The notes below the pieces were generated by a model that made no database searches, was not told the DNA's origin, and saw nothing but the letters and a program-made list of their open reading frames with translations. Shown here in pieces: positions 45,577-56,586 of a stretch of 64,000 nt of DNA (positions within the stretch are counted from its first letter, which is position 1; each line of letters opens with the position of its first letter). The stretch is from Halocafeteria seosinensis (Eukaryota). Made by a program: the position numbers and the translations under genes. The DNA is taken from the NCBI GenBank assembly GCA_001687465.1, contig LVLI01000084.1:62001-126000 (forward strand), written 5' to 3'.

Positions 45577-48285
45577 TCAGCCTTTGACCGTGCGCATGGG
45601 TCTTTGAGCAGGCAGTACAATGACCTTGTCAGGCTGATTGTTTGGTTTACTCGCAACCGAAGCACTATTTGTTGCAGAAGCTGTCGGCATGGAACTTCGT
45701 GTTGGAGCCAAGCTCGACGATGACGTTCTTGTCATAGTCGGAGAACTAATGGTAGAAAATGAAGCCGAGGGGGTTGGTGTCAAAGTTGGCGTGGGGCTTG
45801 CCGTTCCAGTTGGAGTCCTTATTTGGCTGTGCGACGACGATGACGATGACGATGGGGTGACACTCGCAGATGGTGTAAAGCTGCTTGAAGGAGCCTCCGA
45901 GCTTGTCGTTGTCGATAATGGCGTCCACGTGGGTGTAGGAGCAGGGGATGACGGTGGCAATTGAAAGCGTAGAATCGGCAGCAGATTCTCTTCTTCATCG
46001 TCGTCACTTGATCCTCTATTTAAAGCCCATACGTCGTCCGACCACCCTCCCAGTTGATACAGTTGTCCCTGTATATCGCTTAAATCATCTGAATTGTCCG
46101 TTTCTGCAAGATTGTCGATAGTAGGAATGACTCCTACTATCGGCTCTCCATTTCCGTTGTATACCGAATATTTCACGTGGATTGTACCGCTTGCTTCGCT
46201 TAATATAGATCCCATAATCCCACCAGCATTCGTCCCAGTGACTGAACCTGATGCATATGTATTTGTGATGTAGACATCACCTGTCGCACCACCTGATTGC
46301 CCTCCTGTCTGGTATCCTGTAATACCTCCTGCTTGGGTGCCAATAATATCTCCTCGTGTATAACAATCTATGAGATGTGCTTCACCGCGTCTATCTGCTG
46401 TATCCCCTCCACTCATCCCTCCACTATAATCTGCAGATATTTGTCCCATATTATAACATTCCTTGATATAAACGAATCCATTGTTCCAACCAGCATTGCC
46501 ACCCACAATACCACCACTGTATGGACCACTAGGAATGATATCTCCTGTGGAATAGGAACGAGTTACATACACTTGACCATTCGTCTGACCAGCAGCATTT
46601 CCACAAATACCACCTGCATATTGTCCTTCAATATTCCCAGTGGAGTAACAACCCGTGATATTGACAATCCCATCATTGGATCCTACACTTTGTCCTGCAA
46701 TACCACCTGCACTATCCAGTATCCTCCCTGTCGAATACGAATTCGATATCTTGATTTGACCATGATCATAACCACTTTGCAAACCACATATACCACCACC
46801 TTGGCTACCAGCAATATCTCCTGATGAGCTACATGAATCTATGATAAAGAATTTCTGATGTGATTGGACAATAAATCCACCACCGGATGCAGTTTTCCCA
46901 TTCCTAACATCAAGATTCCGGATCAAGGGAGCTTCATCAAATGATACAACACTACCCAGTATAGTAAACAATCCTTCGAAATCTGTTATCCCGTTCAGAT
47001 CTATGAAGTCCCCATTTTGCCGACCACCATCAAATGTCTCATTCGCATCCAACGAGATGTAGTCTTGGTTCGTATAGCCATGATCATCACCCCAAGCCAA
47101 CACACTACAATTCATTTCAAACTGGTGTTGAGCCGCATTATAATGAAAGCAGGATTCGTCACCATTTAAAATCGCAGGTCGTAAATCTGTTGCTGATACT
47201 ACCTCGTTCAAAAGAATGCAACCGGAAAACAATGTCACCAACATTCCTGTCGTGAGTGACGAAATATTACCACTCCTATTTTGGAGTCTGTACGCCAGAG
47301 ACCCCTTTCCATGCGCTAGGAGTTTCATTCTCCTAGAAGGGGATAGCCACGTCAGTGTCTTGAATGGAAATTCATATCTCAAGGGAGAAGCCTTTTCCAA
47401 TGAGTTGCTGGGAGTTGCGGAAAATTCTTCATCCCCTGGAGTTGTAAACTTCCAACTCAATGCTTGCAAAACCAGGACTGATGCGATCAGCAGGCTGAAT
47501 AAAACAAGAAGTGATTTTTCCTTTGGGACAGTCAAGGCGTGGAATCTGAGGTGTGTCATGTAATCACAAAAGCGAAATATCTCTCGGACACTACGGAGTG
47601 GATTTATATCCCTCGCTACAGTGCTGGCAGTCGTTAGAGCAGCACCGTCTCGTCCACTCTTAACCAGCTTGTTCCACCAGTAAACATAGTTGGTCGTTGG
47701 CCAGTGAACTCTTGGACAAAAGTCATTTTTGACATCGAGATGTGCGTGCGTCTCAGACGTGAACAACCCATTGGAATGACCCATCAACTTCATGTCACTA
47801 GTACTCTCCCGCACCAAGTTAATCGCTGGAAGATTTTTCATTGCAGCTGGATCTTCGGGGAGAGTTATACTTAGACACTGCAACCTTCTTCCCGTATTTT
47901 CAAGTATGTAGTAGTCATAAGATAACATCTTGTGGACCCATCCTCCTCGTGACCACGCGCCAAACTGAACCGGCATCGGAAGACAAGAGACATGTTTGCT
48001 ACGAACCGAATAAGATGACGGCACGATGCGAGCAGAGGAGGCAAAGCGACGCAGCCTCTGACGAGATCCATACACCAGGAAAGTATCACACTGAGAAGAG
48101 AATCCTGGTACGCGATGCGCTACCGATACGCATGGCTCACTGGGTTTGGGACCGTCCGCTTGCTTTGGCTCCTTGTCGGATATCAAGAGAGGACGGACAG
48201 CAACGAAAGCAACCCCAACCCCAATCAACATCAGCGTCCATTGCAAGGTCAGCGAAGATGATATACGCTGTGTGGGTCGTTTCAT
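45577..48285 (-). CDS. GLUG-motif (beta-helical) surface or secreted protein with Ser/Thr/Pro mucin-like tail; core probably starts at ATG 47244, upstream 347 codons look like fused unrelated segments
   Basis: About seven repeats of the type (C/S)YSTGxI....AGGI(C/V/A)G, preceded by ETFDG..DLNGITDFEGLF..IRNLDV. Leader MLVTLFSGCILLNEVVSA. C-terminal PTPT/SSS tract. Confidence 0.75.
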   Translation of the reverse strand: MKRPTQRISSSLTLQWTLMLIGVGVAFVAVRPLLISDKEPKQADGPKPSEPCVSVAHRVPGFSSQCDTFLVYGSRQRLRRFASSARIVPSSYSVRSKHVSCLPMPVQFGAWSRGGWVHKMLSYDYYILENTGRRLQCLSITLPEDPAAMKNLPAINLVRESTSDMKLMGHSNGLFTSETHAHLDVKNDFCPRVHWPTTNYVYWWNKLVKSGRDGAALTTASTVARDINPLRSVREIFRFCDYMTHLRFHALTVPKEKSLLVLFSLLIASVLVLQALSWKFTTPGDEEFSATPSNSLEKASPLRYEFPFKTLTWLSPSRRMKLLAHGKGSLAYRLQNRSGNISSLTTGMLVTLFSGCILLNEVVSATDLRPAILNGDESCFHYNAAQHQFEMNCSVLAWGDDHGYTNQDYISLDANETFDGGRQNGDFIDLNGITDFEGLFTILGSVVSFDEAPLIRNLDVRNGKTASGGGFIVQSHQKFFIIDSCSSSGDIAGSQGGGICGLQSGYDHGQIKISNSYSTGRILDSAGGIAGQSVGSNDGIVNITGCYSTGNIEGQYAGGICGNAAGQTNGQVYVTRSYSTGDIIPSGPYSGGIVGGNAGWNNGFVYIKECYNMGQISADYSGGMSGGDTADRRGEAHLIDCYTRGDIIGTQAGGITGYQTGGQSGGATGDVYITNTYASGSVTGTNAGGIMGSILSEASGTIHVKYSVYNGNGEPIVGVIPTIDNLAETDNSDDLSDIQGQLYQLGGWSDDVWALNRGSSDDDEEENLLPILRFQLPPSSPAPTPTWTPLSTTTSSEAPSSSFTPSASVTPSSSSSSSHSQIRTPTGTASPTPTLTPTPSASFSTISSPTMTRTSSSSLAPTRSSMPTASATNSASVASKPNNQPDKVIVLPAQRPMRTVKG

Positions 48286-49099
48286 GGTTACAGTATTAGC
48301 CTGAGAAACAGGCGATGAATCACGCGCTACTATTTCTTGCCCTTGTTCTTTCTAGTAGTAGAGTCGTAGCTGTCCGACACCTTGGTATGGCTTCGGGAGA
48401 AAACCTCAGTTTAATTAACGAGCACCTGCTCCGGTCTCTGGTTTGTTCGTCAATACTGTACTCTATACAACTTCTGTATACAATGCAGGAAGCGCCGTGG
48501 AGCGCACACGAGCGCGGCGGGTCACCGCCGGTGACTCACCGGGAGCCCGACCTGTTCAGCAGAGTAGAAGATTTCCCCGACTGCGTTTTCTTAAGCCTTT
48601 GCTGCCAAAAAAAAGCCAGTTGTGTGCAGAGGTTGGTGGTAAAAGCACTACGCTTGAGGGTCTTCTCTCAAAGGTTGGAGGTAGACTTTTACGCACACTG
48701 GAATGATGAACTTGTACATCCGCCATCTTGAGGGCGGCAGTTTGGAATCCTTGGATTCTCGATGAAGAATTGAACAAGGTCTTGAGGCCCATATTCGTAA
48801 CCCATTCAAGGTTATGGATACATTACTGTGTGTTCGTGGTTGCTGTTGTAAAGCAGTACCTGCCAAACTCATACGGGATAATAATTTAAGACGACTACGG
48901 TAGATGCAGGCAAAGCACTTGACACACCACAGACTGTTGACAATTAAGGCACTGCCTCCGCTTCTAATAACTCAAATAACCAAACTATAGATACGTAGGG
49001 CTAGCATTCCAGGAGAGTCGCGGCCGGCAACCAGCAGCAGCGTCTGCGAGAGCTGAATCGTAACGTCTCGCTGCGGAATTCCTTCCCAGCCGTTCCTAG

Positions 49100-49471
49100 C
49101 TTCAGTACCTTTAGCGCTGCTATATAGTGTATCAGAATCCTGATGTTCCACCAAATTCAGCACTCTGTCCCTAGCCTCCCTGACAAGACCCAACTTCCCT
49201 TGAAGTCTCTTATGAATGTCGCTCTGTTCAAGAAAGGATCTATCCATGGTGAGTTCGAAAGCGGAATGGCTTCATCATACTCTGATATGGCGTCCGAAAA
49301 TTTGTTTGGTTACCGCTTGATGGCCCTTTCCAGTAGCAACAACTGCGTTCTCGCTTCTGCAAGAGCTCCCAGGCACGGGTTAAGTACTGTTTCAGCTGGG
49401 GATACCTCAGCTGGCACTGATGCAGCCTCATTGCGGTTTACGAGTTCCTCAACTTGATCCAGTTTGCCCAT
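49100..49471 (-). pseudogene. Decayed TPR-repeat gene fragment (relic may extend about 48700-50240)
   Basis: MGKLDQVEELV...LERAIKR*PNKFSDAISEYDEAIPL..PFLNRA, then a frameshift to HKRLQGKLGLVREARDRVLNL. TPR-like helix pairs with an in-frame stop and a frameshift. Confidence 0.5.
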
Positions 49472-50609
49472 ACTCCGATGATACCTTGGCTTCGCCGTAC
49501 AGTATTCTATGCAATTTCACTTTGCACACTTTGTTGCTCAGATTGCTGGTATCAGTGGTAGGGGTTGCTCGATACGCCGCTTGGAGCAAGCGTCGGGGTA
49601 GCCGTCGTCCTTGATACCTCGCAAAAGGCGTTTTGGTCATCGACAGTCCCGGTTGTTGTGCCTTTCTCAGAGCCTGGACTCTCGCTACCTACTCGCGCAC
49701 TCTAAATGGAACATTCTACAGGGTTTAATTACCCCGTACTTCCAGTTTAACCAACAGCCAAATATTTGCTCCTTGGGATCCAAGCCGATTCGCCATGCGG
49801 CTCAATCCCTGCTCACAGGGTATTACTATTGAACAACCGCCAGGAAAACATATCTACGAGTCCTCTACAACGGTGACGGAAGACCGAAATTCAGAGACCC
49901 CACCTACTTCGTACCCCGCGTTTTCTGCTGCTCCAGCTTTCTGAACGCATCGGACGGCGTCATTGTATCTTGTTTGCTCTGTACAAACTCCTCCATGTTA
50001 TATACAATAGTGTATCCGGATCCTGTGCTTCCAAATGCAACGCTTTGTCCATAGCTTTTCTGGAGGGGCCCAATTTCCCGTCTCTCCACAACGGTAATAT
50101 ATATGGAAGGCTAAAATTGACCGACGCGACGTACTTCGTATCCGAGTTCTCCAGTGCTCATACAGGCCTGCAATCGAGTTTCGAGCACTAGCATGATAGG
50201 GCGTTACTTGCTGGAACAATGCATCTGATATTCCAACCATTTTCGTTGATGCACATAGCTACTCTCACTCACCGATGCCACACTATAGACGATCTTCCGG
50301 CCTGGTCGACCAAGCCCGTTCTAACGGCTCCATGATTCCCTCTGGATATCATCCAGAAGTAAATCCAATCCGGACTTACACCCTCCAGCTTCACTGATGC
50401 TGCTTCAGCTTCACAAACCACACTCGGCGGCTTCACAACAACAACAAGAAGTTCACTCACTTCACATGGTACGACGATATGACTTCGATGACGTGACGTC
50501 ATTACCGCGGGTTCGGAAAACACCGATCCGGTGGTAGCAGATCCCATTTATGGGTATAGTTTGTCTTGTCAACGTGGCTCGATTGTGCTGCAAGGAAGGG
50601 AGAGAAGGA

Positions 50610-53373
50610 ATGGATCCTGCGACCTCGGAGGTGGCTGCAGCCAGTGCCTCCTCAATACCAACCTCAAAGACTGCCCCCTCGGAGGAGAATGAGGGCTCAT
50701 CAGAGGGGTGGGAGTCTGGGTCATCCGATTCGGAGGAGAATGATGATGCAATGCCCCCAAGCTTGAGCTTGCGTCAGCCGAAGGAGAATTTCACCACGGC
50801 TGAGGAAGAGGAGGATGGTATTTCCATTTCATTTTCACGTCAAGACGAGGAAGTCGACAACTCGAGGTCCAGTTCCAAATCGGCGTCCAAGCAGAAAAAA
50901 ACTCGCACACGGAAATCTAAAGATGAAATCGAGCTTGCGAAAACGGTGCACCGCGTACATTTACTGACGCTACTCTGTCGACAACAATGGCTCTCTGATG
51001 CTTCAGACGACCCATTAGTACAAGCCGCAGCTATGTCCTACTTCTGTTCAAAAGTAAGATGATTGCTCGTCATAAAATATTGGTGTTGCTGTGATCTTGA
51101 TAATATGGCCACTATACACATGGTGCAGGAACTACTAAATGCGGTCTCAGACGGACTCAAGGCGACGCATAAGAGTCTACCTACAATTCCGCTCTTGAAA
51201 CGAATAGCTCGTTCGATGAGCGAAAAAATACGAGTGGTGCCTGCACAATTTGATTATTCATCATCAACTCTCGGTATCAGTAGACGCCTTCTTCGCAAGG
51301 CCCGAAAGCTGCTGGACCCAAGTGATGTGGTCCTGTCCCGATTACAAGCACATTCGACGGCGGAACACTTGGTAGGAAAATTAAACTCTATGCGAGGACA
51401 AGATAGAGTATACCAAGAACAGGAAGAAGACGAAGTGTTGTATTGCAGTCAAGAGGAAGCCTCACAACTTCTCGCGGCTATCACGCGGGGCCTAGGGATT
51501 CGAACACGGCTGATTTGCTCTCATGCACCGCTGCCTGTTCACACAACAAAGAAGAACGAGATTCAACTAGATGATGATGACAATTTATCAAAGCTAGAAT
51601 ATTGTGATGCCCACCCTGTAACCCTATCACGCGTTAAGGGTCTCCTTCAAAGTGTACAACCGTACGTCTCTGTGGGATCTACCTCGAACGGTCTTAAACA
51701 CCTCCAGTCATTAGGTCTGCCATTCATTTGGCTTGAAGTTTGGGGAATCGATTCCTCAAAAGCGAAGAAAGAGAGGTGGATTCCTGTAGAACCATGTCGT
51801 TGCCTAATCGATGTCACAGGTTTGGTTGAGGCCCTTGCGGCGAAGAAACATTTTCCAGCGTACGTCGTCTCTTGCGAGCCTGCGGTTGGTGGCTTCAGGT
51901 CGTATACAGATACCACACCGCGGTACTTATCAAAATGGTCTCATGCCCACCGGGTGCGAGAGCATTCTGGGACAACGACATGGGTGATGGATACTCTTAG
52001 CCGGCTTAGTGCTCGGTATGAGGGCCCTACCGTTGAAGCAAGCACCTCTTTGAAAATAGCAGATGCGGGCGGCTTTGTTAACATCCTTACTCAGTGGTGC
52101 GAAGGTGTTGGCATCCCATTCGACCAGTTGCTGACTAATGTAGCAGAGGGAGGAGGGACGTTTGAAGCAAGGTTTGCTCCTTCCTCTGATTCTCGGGAGC
52201 CACGTGGACAGGAAAACTTCGACCATGTCAAAGAGAATGAACGTAAGTCGTTGGCAAGGCTTTGTTTTGAAAACCTACGTATCCTTTAGCCACTGAGAAC
52301 TTGCTTTATCCACAGCATTGCCGACTTCCCTTTCGGACTTTTCTTCTCATCCAACTTACTGTCTTCCTTCACAGCTTAAAGTGGATGAAGCGGTTGATAG
52401 GTCGCATGCCGGGAAACGGGCGTATATTCAAGGTTTCTTCAACGGAGAACCTGTGTACAAGCGAACTAGCGTAGTAAAATTGAAATCGAAGGAAAAGTGG
52501 TTGAAAGAGGAAGGCAGGCAAATCAAACATGATCAAATTGACAAGCCCATCAGGAGTCTTGAGAGAACCCGAAGAAAACCCAGCAATCAAGCCAGTTCGT
52601 CTACGCCAGTTTCTTCTGCCTCACAACCAAATCTGGGTCAGTATAATAGAGGAGACAGACATTATTGGACGGCTTATGACAGAGATATCTCATCAAAGAT
52701 CGCAAGTTCTAAGTCCGGAAGCAAGAAGTTGGATAAAGGAAATTCAAATAGGGATTCTCAAGCGATGGAGTCAGAAAGCCCTAAGGATACATACACGATT
52801 CCTCTCTACAGCTATCAGCAAACTGAACCCTTTGATCCTCCACAGGTCGAAGATGGTAAGATTCCTCGTAACAAGTACGGAAATGTGGAATTGTTGAATA
52901 GAGTGTGTTTGCCTCATGGAGCCGAGTATCTTCCGGACATGCCCAGACGAGCTCGGAGCGTTATTCGCAAAGCTGGGGTTGACGCAGTAGAAGCTGTTAC
53001 TGGCTTCGAGTATAAACGAGGAGAGATGGTCCCAGTGAAAGAAGGAATTATTGTGCCTGCTGAGATGAAAGATGCAGCTCTGCAAGCATGGAACGAGCAC
53101 GAACAAGCGCGGATCTCGCGAGAAGAAGAGAAACGCTTAAATGCAGTATACGAACGTTGGTCTAAACTCGTTCGAGCTGCACTGGTGCGACATCGACTCC
53201 GAAGCGAATATTACGGGGAAAAGGACAAAAGTGAGCACTACTCAAAGCTGAACCCTAATTTACAACAATCGAAAATGACTGAACGTAAACGCAAGAAGCC
53301 GGAAAGACATAGCAGCGCCTCAAGTGATAAACGGCCTAGACGAAGCGCGCGACAACATGATCCGTCAACATAA
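50610..53373 (+). CDS. XPC: DNA damage recognition protein XPC/Rad4; introns about 51054-51129 and 52243-52315
   Basis: HRVHLLTLL, RGLGIRTRLICS, WLEVW..RWIPVEP, DTTPRY, PTSLSDFSSHPTYCL (BHD1), KLKSKEKWLKE (BHD2), DGKIPRNKYGNVEL..AVTGFEY..PVKEGIIV (BHD3), centrin-binding RWSKLVRAALVRHRL. Confidence 0.93.
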
Positions 53374-53470
53374 GTTCCTGCTGAGAAATCCTCGATTGGA
53401 GGCGTCTACAGTGCTTGAAATCTCCATTTGTAGTCAGACTTTGTCGCAACATTCCAACAAGAGTTAGCTT

Positions 53471-56250
53471 CTATGGCCTTGGCATCTCTGCGTCTCCGTA
53501 CCGGACATCTTCCCCGTATTCGTCTTCCATGAGTTTGAGTGTCTCCTTCAGATCGTCTACCAGCCCTTGGATCAAGTTATAGGCGGGNAGATCCTTTTTG
53601 ATTTCTTTTCTTACTCTTAGCGTGTCTCTTTCTGTGCAGTATTCCCCTTCTGCCTCCGGCGTGACGTAAAATGGGTTATCCTTAAGGTATTCTTGCCTTT
53701 CTCGTTCAGTTTTGAATGTATCGGCGGACCATTTTCCATCGGTGCCTTGCTTTATCCATTCTGCACATCTTTCCCGAAGTTGCAGACAGAACCTCGCTCT
53801 CTTGGGGTGGACACGGAAATTGAGGTCTTCCTCGCCTTCAAGACCCTTGGTACACTCCTCCTGCAAATCAATCATTAAGGGTCAGGTCGAATAATCATGA
53901 TCGAGTAATTTGTATAGACAGATACATACATCTAATTGTTCGAAAAAGCGCTGTAAGCTTGATGGATCAATGACGGTGGAACTTATGGCGTAGCTAACCG
54001 GTGAGAGATTCCACGGCATCGTCCATTCTTCAGATTGAGGGGTTTGGAACGTAGATCCTGATCCTGGTTGTGTTTGATACAAAGTTTGGTGCCAATATCC
54101 TTGAGGGTAATACAAAAACTGTCCTGGGTATAACTGCATGGAAGTTGCAGCGACGGTCATAGGGTTTGGGGTACACCATGCATTGGCTGCCAAACTTACT
54201 GTGCCGTTATAGCACGATGCTACAGCGAACTCTGAGGTCTTATTAAGGTCTGGTTTGTGTCCATCGACCTCATCATCTCCTCCGATGTACGGGTTCTCTG
54301 ACCGCGGGCATATGAACCATGTCTTCGCCCCTAGAGTTTGGAGTTGCCAAGAGCCTACTTTTAACCAATCAGTATGTAAATACATGCCCCCTAAATGACC
54401 GCCTGCAAGTGTGGTACAAAAGCAGTGCACCGAGGTGAGGTCGCTGTACAGATGTAGGCTTCGACATGAGATAAACCGGTTACCTAGAGCCATCAGACGC
54501 CATCTAGTAGCGTCTTCGAAATTTCCACGGGATTCCATATCAGGGAAACAAGCACCGGCATTTAGCCAATGGTTGTCGTCTCGAAAGAGTGGAGGCATTA
54601 ACTTGTTATCGAGTTCGAGGAAGTTCCATACAGAGTACCATTCGTACCACGTTGGGTTCCATCTGCAACAAGAATCGGGAGATTCATTCGACGCTTACTG
54701 AGCCACCGTTACTGTACTTACAGAATGTTTTGTCCTCGATGAGTCCTACTGAAGATGCGGTGTAGAATGACAAGCGCAATTTTTGTGATGCATAACCAAG
54801 GTTGCGTTCGGAGGGCTCTAAGTTTTCTTACCTCAAGTTGAACCTCGAATCATCGATAGGCATGGAAGCTGTGTGTTCAATGGATTTGAGCGCTCGACGC
54901 TGCAAATTCACACGTTCTTCACTAACGGCGGTACTTTTGTTCATATCATCATCAAAACTTACTAAACTCATCAGTGCATGTGGCTGTCCGTCAGCCAAAT
55001 GGGAACCAAATGGAATGTAGTCAACTTGCGTCTTGTCTCCATAATATTGTAGCACTGCCTCGCTCTTACGCTGTAACAATCTCAGCTTCTCTTTGGCGAA
55101 CACATCGACTAAGATGAAAGGTTTCTTGCCTTCTAGAAAGCGGGCGTTTTGGGGAGAATAAAGTTCATCCAACGTAAGTCGAGGAAAATCAACAGTTGTT
55201 CTCGGTTTGAGCGGTCGATTCCGGTCTACGGACTTCCTATAAACTTTCTTGCCGTATGCACGAGCAATCGCCTGTTTCAGTTGCTTCATGTTTTCTTGAA
55301 AATTTTCTTGAATATTTGGAGCATCTGGGTCATTATCTAACTCCCTTTTCAGTACATCATACGCTTTTTCCCGTTGCCCTAGTCTCATAAGAGATACACC
55401 AAGATTTACTTGTTCCCGTTGGCCCTGTGTGTTCAAGCATCGGCATATTTAGCGAGTATTGTGTACGGACAGGTGAGCATTTTAAGCTACCTACCGTAGG
55501 ATGAAGCTCTGCAGCTGTGTCGAATAACGCCCATGCTGTAAAGACCCTTCCTTTTCCAGCTATTTGAATTGCGCGGTCTGTAAGCTCGGCCACGAGGTCT
55601 CCGTGCTGGGAAGCGTCCTGTCGAGCTTGCTCTAGGGCCTCCTCAGCTTCCTTGTATTGGTCTCTGGGAATCGTCAATCCACGAAACTCTACGGTGTCGG
55701 TTCCTGGATCGACGGCAAGGTCGTCGTTTGTTTTTGGCTTCAGTTTCTTCGGAGGATCTTCTATCCATTTCTGCCACATCCGTTCCACTTGCCAGTGGAA
55801 GGTGGCTGGACTCATGTCGCCGTGTCCACTCCAGAAAGGGCCCTCTTCTGGACCATAGTCGCCGAATAAAGTGATGTCCACATTTGCTCGTTCGTATTCT
55901 TTCTCGATTACTCTCAGTACGCGCTGTACAGGATAGCTGGTGTTATGGATTCCGTAGGTCTTTGCTTCCAAGATCTCTTTCGGAAGCGTCACCTCTTCCG
56001 AAGGAAACCCATCCATTAGAGGATCCAGGAATCCGTCAGGCTCATTGCGTTCTGGTTGTGACTTGGCAACCTCTTGGAAGAGGTCATTATTTCGTGCCTC
56101 GAGGTACGTATTACGGATCACGTCCCTACGCTTCTGAATAAAGTCGGGTGCTGATGCACCATCCACGTTTCCGAACAAAGCCACGCAGACTATGATTACA
56201 AACAACTGCTCTGCGTTTCCTTTCCTTCCACCATACTCTAAGATGTCCAT
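53471..56250 (-). CDS. Signal-peptide or anchor + TPR + JmjC (cupin-8-like) 2-oxoglutarate/Fe(II) oxygenase, multi-exon
   Basis: GMYLHTDW..WQLQTLGAKTW..LYPGQFLYYPQGYWHQT (HxD..K..H intact). JmjC N-part KKPFILVD. TPR-like AWALFDTAAELHP..VNLGVSLMRLGQREKAYDVLKREL. Leader LFVIIVCVALFGNVDG. Confidence 0.75.
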
Positions 56251-56476
56251 CGTTGACTCCCACCAACTTGTTCCCCAAGTTGTACTTCCGTTCGTCAGCT
56301 TTTCCAAGTCAGCTAACTGAGACAATTCCAACTGCGTTCAGACCGGCGTTTCCTCTTTCCTGGATCTGCGCATGGGTACAACCAGACTCTCACGTTCATT
56401 ACCAAATGTAGCACGTTGCATGGAAGGGAAAACCCCATCCGGGCCATCGGCCCGGATCGGCTTAACGGTGTGGATA

Positions 56477-56566
56477 CAACTTCAAGAAGAATTCTAGTGG
56501 ACAGCATACCAGTAGGATCGTCAATACCAGAGCGTCCTGGTATCGCAACTTCAACAAGAATTCTAG
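56477..56566. repeat. 21-bp direct repeat (1 mismatch) in divergent promoter region
   Basis: CAACTTCAAGAAGAATTCTAG at 56477 and CAACTTCAACAAGAATTCTAG at 56546. Confidence 0.8.
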
Positions 56567-56586
56567 GGGATGGGATCGCAGGAATT

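Noticed and set aside
53588..53588. Ambiguous base N in the JmjC last exon
   Set aside because: Assembly ambiguity; the frame is preserved.
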